Shown piece after piece: positions 28,857-38,340 of a DNA stretch of 64,000 nt. The translations under genes and the position numbers were made by a program. The stretch lies in NCBI GenBank assembly GCA_038841535.1, contig JAWBTQ010000002.1:32001-96000 (forward strand), read 5' to 3'. Source of the DNA: Sulfolobales archaeon (GTDB lineage Archaea; Thermoproteota; Thermoprotei_A; Sulfolobales; NBVN01). The first letter of the stretch is position 1; each line of letters starts with the position of its first letter. A model generated the notes under the pieces. It had not been told where the DNA came from. It saw only the letters and a list, made by a program, of their open reading frames with translations, and did no database searches.

Positions 28857-28925
28857 GCCTGATTCCCCAGTATACTCTGGTTAGAGCTTTTATATGCACT
28901 AACTTCAATATGTCGGTGCACTGAC

Positions 28926-29213
28926 GTGTGGCTAGTAGCACTCTTGTCTGCCTCAGTAGCAGCTACAGCAGTCTACTTCAGTAGAAAAGAGGTCTCGAAG
29001 TACTTATTACTAATACTCTGGGCTGCGACATTAATGGTGTTTGTTGACTGGATGTGGAGTTACATAGAAGAGGGAGAGTTCGTGCCACTCGAGGTACTCG
29101 AAGACCCGTTTGGCAGCTCCCTGCTCGGATTCGTTATGGTATTAGGAGGGGTAGCTTTGTGGGCTATCCTAGCTATAGTTCTCGGGCTAGTTAGAAAGAG
29201 GTCTAGTAGCTAG
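28926..29213 (+). CDS. 3-TM hypothetical protein, apparent distant paralog of 28509-28856
   Basis: LWAATLMVFVDWMWSYIEEGEFVP aligns with LWGGSILLAIEHAWHGEIVP. Confidence 0.7.
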   Translation: MWLVALLSASVAATAVYFSRKEVSKYLLLILWAATLMVFVDWMWSYIEEGEFVPLEVLEDPFGSSLLGFVMVLGGVALWAILAIVLGLVRKRSSS

Positions 29214-29343
29214 TGAGAGTGTTATGGATGACTTAAAGGTTTTTCCGAACTCCCACAAAGAACTACTCAGAAGCCCGAGCACTTCGTAGAGAAAAACTTA
29301 TTAGGTTTAATTCGTGGAATCCAGCTTCTAGTGTCGACACTAG

Positions 29344-31248
29344 CTATGCCGGTAACCCTAGAGCTTTTCTCTTTTGGTCTATGTGCTCGAGGATTATTTC
29401 TGCGGCTTTCTTCATGTCGGGCTCAACTACAAATCTAGCTCCCACAAGACCTGCTATGTCTTCCGTGAGCAACTTCGTAACGACCTCACTCCCGAGTACT
29501 GGTGGTACAACCCCTAGGTGAACGTTGACTCCATGAGCGACAAACCATGTCCCTATGGAGACGGCCTTAGAGCTCATGGCCTCCGGTGCGGACCCGAAGA
29601 CTGGGAGGTCAGGTATGTCCACACCTAGCGCGTCAGCTATGGCGTTTAAAGCAGCAAGTATTCTCGAGTTGTCTACACAGCTGCCCATGTGGAGGCATGG
29701 AGGTATCTTCAGTACCTCTAGAACTTTCCTAAGCCTCATCCCCGCCATAGACTGGGCCTCTAAGGTCATGAGGCCTGCCTTAGCTGCTGCGATAGCCCAG
29801 CAGCCAGTCCCGACGACTAGGACATCGTTCGATATTAGCTCCCGCGCTAGCTCTACATGCCCTCTGTCCTGGGGTACCTTCGGGTTATTGCAGCCGACTA
29901 TCCCGACTATTCCGCGAATATCGCCTCTCTTCACCGCCTCTACGAGTGGTGCAAGTGTGCCTCCAAGGGCTTCTAGTATCACCTCCACCGAGAAACCAGC
30001 TATAACCTTAGACTTCACGTCCGGTATGAATACTCTCTCCCTGTTTCTCGCCCTGAACCCCTCTATCGCTAGCCTCAAGACTTCCCTGGCTACCTCATCA
30101 GCTCTCTCAGCCTTCCACTCGATGTGCACAGCTCCGGGAATCCTAGCTACAGGCATTGTAGTAATCAGCTTAGTGTGGAAACACCCGGCGATATCCGCTA
30201 GAGAAGGCATCACGCACTGGTAGTCTACGACCATAGCCTCAACGGCCCCCGTGGCTAGAGCGAGCTCTTGGTGGAGGAGGTTACCCGCTAGAGGTACCCC
30301 CATCCTCATGAGGACTTCGTTAGCAGTGCAGCATATGCCGCAGACGTTTATACCTTTAGCTCCAACGCTCTTGGCGAGGCTCAGCATTTCCTCACTCCTA
30401 GCTAGTTCGACTACCTTCATAGAAAGTAGTGGGTTGTGGCCGTGTACAACGATATTGACCTCATCTTGCTTTAGTACACCCAAATTCGCATAGCTCTCGA
30501 CGGGTCTCGGGGTTCCGAACAGCACGTCCTGGAGCTCAGTTGCGGCCGCCATAGCGTAGCAGTCGGCTAGAGCAGTCCTCAGACCATGAATGAGCAAGCT
30601 TCTGTAGTCTGCGTCGACTCCCACGTGTATCCTGTGAAGGGATTCGAACCCCTCGCGCCATATGGACCTGGGGACTATACCGAGTCTCTCAAAAGTCCTT
30701 TTGCGCTTCTCGATGGAGTAGGCCTTAAGGAGATTAAGAGGCTCTTCTGTAGTCCTAACGAAGTCTTCTTCAACGATTTTGGCTACCTCTATAGCTAGGT
30801 CTAGAACTGGCCTGGTATCCGCGTCGGGTATACCTAGCTTCCTCGCTATAGCTCTCAACTTCTTTTCGTCGGCTATTCTGTATGGGAAAGGTAGATTCTT
30901 AGAAGAGTGCTCTACTGCGGTTTTAAAGGTCTCAAGTACGTGAAATGCGTGCTCCCCGTGGGCCGCCTCACCGTTAGCTATATGCAGTAACACCCTCCTA
31001 GCAACCATAGTGTCGGAATTTGCTCCACACACTCCCTTACTCGGACCGACGCCGAACGGGTCGATGCGGCACGGACCCATCATGCAGAGCCAGCAACACA
31101 GCCCCAATAGACCGAATCCACACTGCGGCTGCATTCGCTCGTATCTATGGTAGACAGTCTCGATCCCCAGTTCCTCAGCCCTTCTTATCATTAGCTGCGC
31201 TGCTTTGTCCACAGTCTTCTCTTCCGGCTTCCTTATAGGGAACGCCAC
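29344..31248 (-). CDS. cooS: Anaerobic Ni-containing carbon monoxide dehydrogenase catalytic subunit
   Basis: D/B clusters CGFG..GLCC..CMMGPC; C-cluster ligands VHGHNP, GICCT, YQC, VGCNN, TGC, GSCVD; Lys in MSSKA. GAGGTGA precedes GTG 31248. Confidence 0.95.
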   Translation of the reverse strand: MAFPIRKPEEKTVDKAAQLMIRRAEELGIETVYHRYERMQPQCGFGLLGLCCWLCMMGPCRIDPFGVGPSKGVCGANSDTMVARRVLLHIANGEAAHGEHAFHVLETFKTAVEHSSKNLPFPYRIADEKKLRAIARKLGIPDADTRPVLDLAIEVAKIVEEDFVRTTEEPLNLLKAYSIEKRKRTFERLGIVPRSIWREGFESLHRIHVGVDADYRSLLIHGLRTALADCYAMAAATELQDVLFGTPRPVESYANLGVLKQDEVNIVVHGHNPLLSMKVVELARSEEMLSLAKSVGAKGINVCGICCTANEVLMRMGVPLAGNLLHQELALATGAVEAMVVDYQCVMPSLADIAGCFHTKLITTMPVARIPGAVHIEWKAERADEVAREVLRLAIEGFRARNRERVFIPDVKSKVIAGFSVEVILEALGGTLAPLVEAVKRGDIRGIVGIVGCNNPKVPQDRGHVELARELISNDVLVVGTGCWAIAAAKAGLMTLEAQSMAGMRLRKVLEVLKIPPCLHMGSCVDNSRILAALNAIADALGVDIPDLPVFGSAPEAMSSKAVSIGTWFVAHGVNVHLGVVPPVLGSEVVTKLLTEDIAGLVGARFVVEPDMKKAAEIILEHIDQKRKALGLPA

Positions 31249-31252
31249 AGTC

Positions 31253-31813
31253 TCACCTCGCAGGAGGCTTACCGTACAAAACCTTGGTCCCACTCGGGGC
31301 ACCAGTCAGTCCTGTCACGAACTCTCGAGCTTTTCTCTCATGAACTTCTCTGAGGACGTCCTCGACCCTGCCGTACTTGAGAGCCTTAGTTGGGCAAGCC
31401 TCAACGCATGCCGGCAGTAGCCCCTTCTCGGTTCTCTCGAAGCAAAAGTCACACTTTGATACGACTTTTTCCGCTATACTGAGAGTTATGGCGCCGTAGG
31501 GACACGCTAGTATACATCCCTTGCAACCTATGCAAGCCTCCTTCCTGAGGAGAACCAGGCCTTCCGGAGTCTTCACAAGCGCCTCCGTCGGACATACCTC
31601 AACGCACGGAGGTTTCTCGCAGTGCATGCAACGGATCGGCACGTTATAGCCCAGAGCAGGAGCCACCTTAATCCTAGGCAATGGTCCAGGAGTTTCGTAG
31701 ATTGCGGTATACAGATTCTTAGTGAGAGAGTGCTCAACAGCGCAAGCGATGTAACAAGACAGGCATCCTACGCAACGCTCTATATCGACATAAATTATCT
31801 CCCCACTAATCAA
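31253..31813 (-). CDS. cooF: CODH ferredoxin-like electron-transfer subunit (4 x [4Fe-4S])
   Basis: CVGCLSCYIAC, CMHCEKPPCVEVCP, CIGCKGCILACP, KCDFC..PACVEACP; directly upstream of cooS. Confidence 0.9.
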   Translation of the reverse strand: MISGEIIYVDIERCVGCLSCYIACAVEHSLTKNLYTAIYETPGPLPRIKVAPALGYNVPIRCMHCEKPPCVEVCPTEALVKTPEGLVLLRKEACIGCKGCILACPYGAITLSIAEKVVSKCDFCFERTEKGLLPACVEACPTKALKYGRVEDVLREVHERKAREFVTGLTGAPSGTKVLYGKPPAR

Positions 31814-31856
31814 TATACCACTCGATATCTTCTTTGCTTAAAGCTATTTATACCTT

Positions 31857-31886
31857 TATGTGCACGTCATAATGTTCTATATGCAC
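31857..31886. promoter_or_regulatory. Direct repeats TAT(G/A)TGCAC at 21-bp spacing upstream of cooF
   Basis: TATGTGCAC at 31857 and TATATGCAC at 31878, next to the TATA-like element at about 31846-31852. Confidence 0.4.
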
Positions 31887-32093
31887 CCAGACTTCAATGC
31901 TCTACATATACTAAACCCCAACACAGTTAAGGTTCGCATATTGCTCGAGGAGGTTGGCTGGGTCAGCGTTGAACTAAAGTGAAAGTCCCGCACTTCAACT
32001 ATTATGTGCAACCACTAGTAAGCAGCGTTGTTAGAATAGACCTGCGGTATTCTGTTCAGGAAACGACTCTACTTGCTTAATACAGCTTACGCT

Positions 32094-32912
32094 TTAGCTG
32101 GGCGTGGAGCAATGTATTCGTTGGAGGAATTCTCTCAAGATATCTGAGCACAGCTTCTCTATTGATAGTATAAAGTACGAGTTCTCGGAGTAGTCAAAGA
32201 CAGAGGCACCCGTTCTCTCCGCGGCTGACACCTTTGGGTCGAACGGTATTACGACTCGAATATCGAGACCGGACTCTCCCGCTAGTCTAGAGAACTCCTC
32301 AGCTTCTCTGTAGTCGATTACCTTGTTTAAAATACCCCAAATTTTCTTTACCCCCAGCTCTCTAGCGTAGCTAGCTATCTTTATCGCTACATCTAGGGAC
32401 TTCCGAGTTGGCTCTACTACCACTAAAAGTAAGTTAACGCTTCTGACCGTAGCTCTACTGAAGGGCTCTAGTCCAGCTTCAGTGTCTACCACAACTACCT
32501 CATCCCTCTCTAGTACCACGTGGTCGAGGAGCGCTCTAATAAGAGCATTCTGCGGGCACATACACCCAGCACCAGCGCTTGGAGCTCCCACGGTTAGTAG
32601 CCTTACTCCATCTGGCCCCATAATCGAGTGCTTTTCCGGGATGTCATCGACTCTGGGGTTAAGGGAGAACATGGCTCCCCACCCCCCCGGTCTAGCCCCG
32701 GTCTTCTCTTCGACTAGAGCTTCATTCATCGACACGGGCGTCGGGAGCTTCTCAGCCCTTATGCCGAGAGTCACGTGAAGGTTTGGATTTGAGTCAGCGT
32801 CTATAGCCAAGACCTTGAACCCCTTCCTAGCCAGAAGCCTAGCCAGTGTGCCAGCCACTAAAGTCTTGCCTACTCCCCCCTTTCCGGAGACAGCTATCTT
32901 TAGTCCCGTCAC
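32094..32912 (-). CDS. cooC: CODH nickel-insertion ATPase
   Basis: SGKGGVGKT, IDADSNPNL, GCMCP, VVDTEAGLE. Confidence 0.92.
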   Translation of the reverse strand: MTGLKIAVSGKGGVGKTLVAGTLARLLARKGFKVLAIDADSNPNLHVTLGIRAEKLPTPVSMNEALVEEKTGARPGGWGAMFSLNPRVDDIPEKHSIMGPDGVRLLTVGAPSAGAGCMCPQNALIRALLDHVVLERDEVVVVDTEAGLEPFSRATVRSVNLLLVVVEPTRKSLDVAIKIASYARELGVKKIWGILNKVIDYREAEEFSRLAGESGLDIRVVIPFDPKVSAAERTGASVFDYSENSYFILSIEKLCSDILREFLQRIHCSTPS

Positions 32913-32983
32913 GAAAGCCTGGCCCAGCGTATACCAGTCTCTGTATATATAAATTCGGAGGTAGTTACGATAGGGTGGAACAT

Positions 32984-33169
32984 ATGTGTGAGTTCAAAGT
33001 TTTCCTAGATGGCGAGTTAGTCTTTGAAGACGTTATATATGCTCGCATTGAAGGAGAAAGACTTATTCTTAAGAACGTGCTGGGAGTGAGCAAGGTTCTA
33101 GAGGGTTGTGCGATAGTAGAAGTTAACGTAGCTCAGGAGAGGCTCACCCTCTCGAGGTTAAAGAGCTAG
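32984..33169 (+). CDS. cooT: CooT family nickel-binding protein
   Basis: MCEFKVFLDGE...EDV......L.L.NVLG....E..I.EVN; N-terminal MCE Ni site; divergent from cooC across TATATATAAA. Confidence 0.85.
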   Translation: MCEFKVFLDGELVFEDVIYARIEGERLILKNVLGVSKVLEGCAIVEVNVAQERLTLSRLKS

Positions 33170-33287
33170 CTCAAGTACCTCTGAGGCGTATCCTTGCGGT
33201 CTCCTGCTAGGACTGATATGTAATAAAAACACAAACATTTTAAACTTTGTTGAGTGAGTCGAGTTGGTGGATTAACTGAGTCATGTA

Positions 33288-33764
33288 GTGCTCAACTTTC
33301 TCTATAGATTGAAGATGATGTCTGCTGGACGCTTTAGAGTCCGGGGATTATTCCAAAAGTTCTTGGAGCTAGCAGTTAAATTTCCAGATTACTTCAGCAG
33401 GTTCTCGGAGAGATTTATTAACGATCTTCTTGGCGGTGCTAGCGCTATATCAGCGCTTAGTGAGGACATAGAGAGCAAGGTTGTTACTGGCATTCTTGAC
33501 GGTGTTCACGTAGTCCCAGTACTTAGTGAAGAGATAGAGAGTGAGGTCTTGTCTGCTCTCACTGGTTCTGAGGGAGGGCTCGTTCAGAGAATAGTCAGGT
33601 ACTCTTCGAGGACTGAAAATACGTTCACTACCAGAGCTCTATTTATCTCAATGTCTCTACAGAGGCTCCAGAGATCTCTGGAGAGGTCGCTGCTCACTTC
33701 AGCGCTGCTCTCCGGGGTAGCAACCACGCTAGCTTTACTGTTTCTCGCACTCCGCTCTATCTAG
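33288..33764 (+). CDS. Hypothetical helical protein with C-terminal TM, upstream of the hydrogenase
   Basis: Amphipathic helices with internal repeat LSEDIESKV/LSEEIESEV and one C-terminal TM; ends 10 bp before the hydrogenase gene. Confidence 0.55.
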   Translation: MLNFLYRLKMMSAGRFRVRGLFQKFLELAVKFPDYFSRFSERFINDLLGGASAISALSEDIESKVVTGILDGVHVVPVLSEEIESEVLSALTGSEGGLVQRIVRYSSRTENTFTTRALFISMSLQRLQRSLERSLLTSALLSGVATTLALLFLALRSI

Positions 33765-33774
33765 GTGCATTCTT

Positions 33775-35421
33775 TTGGCTAGAGCCTCCGGTCATTTTGA
33801 GAGCTTGATCAGCGAGGTAGCTAAGCTGGGTGGAGTACTAGAGCAAGTATCTCATGGTGCTGCCTACTTTAGGGTGAGTCGAGCTAACCTGAAGCATATG
33901 GCTAAGGCTCTGTACAGTGTCGGGGCTTACTTTAAGACTTGTGTGGGGTCTGACGAGACCCTGGTTTCTGGAGGTATGGCTCTATACTACATCTTCGGTT
34001 TCGACGAAGCGGGACTTGACGTAGTTTTGAGAGCTGAGGCCCCCGTAGCAAACCCTGTCTTCCCATCGATATCCGCAGAAGTTCCCGCAGCTGAATGGTG
34101 CGAGCTCGAAGCGGGAGATATGCTTGGAGTGCGGTTTGAGAGTAAGGAGATGCGGAGGCTAGTACTGCCGGAGGACTGGCCTGCGGGAGTGTACCCGCTT
34201 AGAAAGACCTTTAAGTACAGTAGTAGACCTGCTCCTACAGCTAGACGAGAGCTCCAAGAGGTAGGAGGCCTCCCGATGGGTCCCTATCATCCAGTTCTCC
34301 ATGAGCCAGAGTACTTCGAGATATACGGTGAAGGCGAGATCGTTACCGACGTCGTCTACAGGGGTTTCCACGTCCACAGAGGTATCGAGAAGTTGGCTGA
34401 ATCTGAGCGCATGGTCTATGACGACGTGCTCTTCCTAGCTGAGAGGATATGCGGGATATGTGGCTTCGTGCACTCTTGTTGCTACGCTCTAGCGATCGAG
34501 AAGGCAGCAGACGTAGAAGTTCCTGAGAGAGCAGAGTTCATAAGGTCTCTACTCCTGGAAATCGAGAGGATACATAGTCACGTCCTCTGGCTCGGTGTAG
34601 CTGCCCACATACTGGGGTACGACGCTGGGTTCATGCATGCTTGGAGGATTAGAGAGCCGGTAATGGTTGCGGCAGAGCGTCTCACGGGGTCAAGAAAGAC
34701 TTATGGTATTAACGCGATCGGCGGGCTGAGGAGAGACGTAGATAGAGATAAGTTAGAGAAAGCAGTAAGAGACCTAAAGAGGGTTAGGAGGATGTTCTCG
34801 GAGTTTGCCGGAGTCCTCCTCAGTGTCCCGCAAGTTAGGAAGAGAGCCTCAGGTACAGGGATCTTGTTGAAGAGTATTGCGAGAGAGCTGAGCGTGGTGG
34901 GTCCTGTTGCCAGGGCGTCCGGCCTCTATAGAGATGTAAGGAAGGATTACCCGTACTTTGCTTACAAGCACGCTTCGTTTAGAGTTCCGCTCTACACCGA
35001 GGGGGACAACCTCTCCAGGCTCATGGTTAGAGTTGACGAGGTGCTCGAGAGTATCGACATAGTCGAGCAGTTAGTAGATAGACTTCCCCAGGGTAGTGTG
35101 AGAACTGATAGAGTTGAGATACCTATTCTGAGAAAGGCTGTAGCCTCCGTGGAGGCCCCGAGGGGTGAAGACGTACACTTCATAATTACCGGTTCCAGTA
35201 GACCATATAGGTGGAGGGTTAGAGCACCCACGTACCAAAACCTACCAGCTCTCAGGGCTATGCTCAAAGGTGCTCCCCTAGCAGACGCTCCGCTGACTAT
35301 AGCAAGCATAGACCCGTGCTTTTCGTGCACAGACAGAGTGATCTACTGCGATAGGCAGAGTGGGTTCTGTAAACCCCTGAGGTCGGACTTGCTAAATAAC
35401 TCTGGGGGTAGTGTAGCTTGA
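33775..35421 (+). CDS. Group 4 [NiFe]-hydrogenase large subunit, NuoC-NuoD fused (HycE/HyfG-like)
   Basis: L1 ERICGICGFVH, L2 DPCFSCTDR plus C-terminal extension; N-terminal NuoC-like RRLVLPEDWP..YPLRK. Confidence 0.92.
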   Translation: MARASGHFESLISEVAKLGGVLEQVSHGAAYFRVSRANLKHMAKALYSVGAYFKTCVGSDETLVSGGMALYYIFGFDEAGLDVVLRAEAPVANPVFPSISAEVPAAEWCELEAGDMLGVRFESKEMRRLVLPEDWPAGVYPLRKTFKYSSRPAPTARRELQEVGGLPMGPYHPVLHEPEYFEIYGEGEIVTDVVYRGFHVHRGIEKLAESERMVYDDVLFLAERICGICGFVHSCCYALAIEKAADVEVPERAEFIRSLLLEIERIHSHVLWLGVAAHILGYDAGFMHAWRIREPVMVAAERLTGSRKTYGINAIGGLRRDVDRDKLEKAVRDLKRVRRMFSEFAGVLLSVPQVRKRASGTGILLKSIARELSVVGPVARASGLYRDVRKDYPYFAYKHASFRVPLYTEGDNLSRLMVRVDEVLESIDIVEQLVDRLPQGSVRTDRVEIPILRKAVASVEAPRGEDVHFIITGSSRPYRWRVRAPTYQNLPALRAMLKGAPLADAPLTIASIDPCFSCTDRVIYCDRQSGFCKPLRSDLLNNSGGSVA

Positions 35422-35921
35422 GCTACTTGAAGCTCCTGAAGTTAGCTCTCGAGACTGGCAGAGTGACAAGGAGGTACCCGGCCGAGGCACCAATGGTGAC
35501 AGAGAGCTTTCGCGGGTCTATAGAGATAGACCCAGAGAGGTGCTGGGGGTGTGGGGCATGCGCACTAGCCTGCCCACCCAATGCCATTAGGGTAGAGGTC
35601 GAAGACGATAATGTACGCCTTTACTACTTCCTCGGGAGGTGTATTTTCTGCGGTAAGTGCTCGGAAGTATGCCCCAAGAGGGCTATAACAATAACCAATA
35701 AGTTCGAGCATGCAGCGCTGAGAGTCGAAGACCTTGAGACCGTCATAGTAATTGATGTGGTTAAGTGCAAGGTCTGTGGTAGACCATTCGGGTCTTTAAG
35801 AGAGCTCAGAGCAGTATCAGAGGTCGCATACCTAGTTAAAAAGAGGATGGATCTATGTCCGGAGTGTAGAAGTCTCACCTTCGGGAGCGCTTTAGCGAGT
35901 GCTCGCGGTAGAAGAGCCTAG
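35418..35921 (+). CDS. Hydrogenase Fe-S subunit (HycF/NuoI-like)
   Basis: T.RYP.....FRG, CWGCGACALACP, CIFCGKCSEVCP, CKVCG...CPEC. Confidence 0.9.
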   Translation: MSYLKLLKLALETGRVTRRYPAEAPMVTESFRGSIEIDPERCWGCGACALACPPNAIRVEVEDDNVRLYYFLGRCIFCGKCSEVCPKRAITITNKFEHAALRVEDLETVIVIDVVKCKVCGRPFGSLRELRAVSEVAYLVKKRMDLCPECRSLTFGSALASARGRRA

Positions 35922-36061
35922 GACAGCCCGTAATGCTATCCTCACACCTACGCTCTAGTGCAAACCCTTATAGCAGTTACAGGCTCTGTGGTCGGATGTC
36001 ATGTCTTTTTCACAAAAAACACTACTTACATAGAGGTTTAGATCGTGATGCGGTGAATGCT

Positions 36062-37456
36062 TTAAGACCTCCAACCGCTTCCGCTCTTGAGAGCTGTCTT
36101 CATTATCAGCAGAGCTGTATATAGGGTTAGGTTTGTCACTGTGTCTAAGGTTATGTACTCGTTAGGTGCGTGAGCCCTCCCGCCGTGGCCCGGTCCCGTG
36201 GAGATCATTGGTAGCTTCAGTACTCTAGTGAAGAGGTAGGAAGGCGCCGAGCCCGGCATCATGGGGATCAAGTAGGGCTTTAACCCCATCATTGAGTACG
36301 TCTCGACGGCTGTTCTGACTGCGGGGTGTCTGGGGTCAGTCTTACTCCACGTGTATGAGTCATGCACTCTGACTTCGACTAAGTCCTTGAGCTTGAGTTT
36401 CTCCAGGACTTCGTTTAAGTAAGAGATAGCATCCTCAGGCTCTATGTTTGGGACGAGTCTGAAGTCTAACCTCATGACGGCCTCCGCCGGCGTTATGGTC
36501 TTCGTACCGGGACCCACGTAGCCCGAGGCAAAGCCGTCTATGTTGACAGAGGGCCTGAAGAACACCCTGATGTACCAGTCCCTACCGGTTAGCAAAGTCC
36601 TGTAGACCCCGTACTCCTCCACGACTCTATTCAATGGGCAGGCCTCCATGATGTCCCCTAAGTACTTTAGGTCCTCCTCAGTAGGGGTCACTGCCTTAGA
36701 CTCTAGCCACCCGAGCTTGGGGCCAGCTAGAGGGTCTAAGAGCTCGAGGGCGACTCTAGCTAGTACTGCTACCGGATTCACTAGCCCGGAGCCAAGGCTA
36801 CTGTGCGCATCGTAGCGGCTTGTCCTAACTCTGAGTTCTACGAAGACTATCCCCTTATTTCCTAGCTCTATTGTCGGCTTCCCGGGAACATCTTCCGATG
36901 GGTAAGCGAAGTAGACAAAGTCAGAGCCTACTAACTCACCACCTTTGTCCTCAATGAACTTAGGCATCGAGAGGCTACCTATCTCCTCCTCACCCTCTAG
37001 TACAAAGACTACTTCAACCGGTATGTCGCCGGCTGCCTCCTTAACGGCCTCTACGCCGAGTAGAGAGCACATAAGTCCGGCCTTCGTGTTATAGGCTCCT
37101 CTACCCACTATCTTGCCTTCGGCAATGGTAGCCTCGAACGGTGGGTAGTCCCATTCACTGAGCGGGTCCGGGGGCTGGACATCGTACATGTTATAGATTA
37201 CGACCTTGCTTAACCCCCTGGAGCGTACTCTCCCGTACACTATCGGGTGCCCTCCGTAGCTCAGCAGCACTGCTTCACTACCTAGCTTTTCCCTTATCCA
37301 GTCTCTCAAGAATTCAGCAGTCTCCTGTATGCCCTCGCCAGTACCGGATATGCTGGGCATTCTGATGAGCCTTCGGACTTCTTCGACTAAGTAGTCTTTG
37401 CGGTTAGACACGTAGTTCTTGAGCTTAATGAGCAACTCCTCCAAGCTATAACCCAC
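36062..37456 (-). CDS. M20/M25/M40 family metallopeptidase (dipeptidase-like)
   Basis: YDVQPP, GRGA, EGEEEIGS, DAHS, RLVP, AHAPNE; GTG 37456 chosen as start. Confidence 0.88.
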   Translation of the reverse strand: MGYSLEELLIKLKNYVSNRKDYLVEEVRRLIRMPSISGTGEGIQETAEFLRDWIREKLGSEAVLLSYGGHPIVYGRVRSRGLSKVVIYNMYDVQPPDPLSEWDYPPFEATIAEGKIVGRGAYNTKAGLMCSLLGVEAVKEAAGDIPVEVVFVLEGEEEIGSLSMPKFIEDKGGELVGSDFVYFAYPSEDVPGKPTIELGNKGIVFVELRVRTSRYDAHSSLGSGLVNPVAVLARVALELLDPLAGPKLGWLESKAVTPTEEDLKYLGDIMEACPLNRVVEEYGVYRTLLTGRDWYIRVFFRPSVNIDGFASGYVGPGTKTITPAEAVMRLDFRLVPNIEPEDAISYLNEVLEKLKLKDLVEVRVHDSYTWSKTDPRHPAVRTAVETYSMMGLKPYLIPMMPGSAPSYLFTRVLKLPMISTGPGHGGRAHAPNEYITLDTVTNLTLYTALLIMKTALKSGSGWRS

Positions 37457-37494
37457 GAATATACCTAGGAGAGGGTTAAATACCCGTTCTCCCC

Positions 37495-38340
37495 CTAGTA
37501 CTTTCTTAGTCTCGGGTTTACTATCTCGTCTAGTGCGTAGCTTATGAACGTAACCGAAAGTACTGCTAGAACTATTCCGAGACCCGGAGGTACTACGTAC
37601 CACCAGTATCCAGCTGACATAGCTCCTATTCTGAAGGCAAACCTAAGTATCCCTCCCCAAGACGGTATCCTCGGATCTCCGAGTCCTAAGAAGCTGAGTG
37701 CTGCCTCAGCAATTATAGCATTAGAGATTTGCAGGATCATGTTCGCCACCACTAAGGGGGTCGTAGCGGGAGCGATGTGCTTAAACAGTATCCTTAGCGA
37801 GCTAGCTCCACACGCTCTGGCAGCCTCAACATGCGGGTACTCCTTTACTGAGAGAGTCTGAGACCTGACTACTCTCGCCACCGGAGGCCAAGAGAGGACG
37901 GATATTACGAAAATTACGTTAGAGATCCCTGAACCCAGAACAGCTGCGAAAATTATCATGAGGACTAGAGTAGGTATGGCGAGGAGGGCGTCAACAACTC
38001 TCATGAGTACAACGTCAAGGGGGCCGCCGAAGTAGCCTCCAACCAACCCGACTAAAGCCCCAAGCAGTGTAGAGAGAAACGCCGCCACGAAGCCAATAAA
38101 GAGAGACATCCTAGCTCCACTGAGGAAGAGAGTGAGGAGATCTCGACCTATTTCGTCACAGCCGAATGGGTGAGTAAGAGACGGCTGCTCGAACGGTTTG
38201 CACACACCGTACTGCCAGATCCCATAGGGGGAGAGGAGGGGGCCGACAACTGCGACTACTACGAGGCCCGCTAACAGGAGAGTACCGAGCCTCCCGTAAG
38301 AGTTCCTCAAGAACAGCCTCATGGTTCCCCAAGAACTCAC
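37495..38340 (-). CDS. dppC: Peptide ABC transporter permease (DppC-like)
   Basis: HPFGCDEIGRD, VEAARACGA, EAALSFLGLG. Confidence 0.9.
   Translation of the reverse strand: MSSWGTMRLFLRNSYGRLGTLLLAGLVVVAVVGPLLSPYGIWQYGVCKPFEQPSLTHPFGCDEIGRDLLTLFLSGARMSLFIGFVAAFLSTLLGALVGLVGGYFGGPLDVVLMRVVDALLAIPTLVLMIIFAAVLGSGISNVIFVISVLSWPPVARVVRSQTLSVKEYPHVEAARACGASSLRILFKHIAPATTPLVVANMILQISNAIIAEAALSFLGLGDPRIPSWGGILRFAFRIGAMSAGYWWYVVPPGLGIVLAVLSVTFISYALDEIVNPRLRKY

Noticed and set aside
26291-28908. Exact 13-mer GCACTAACTTCAA at 26291 and 28896
   Set aside because: A 13-bp match is expected by chance in 64 kb and is not palindromic; only weakly suggestive.
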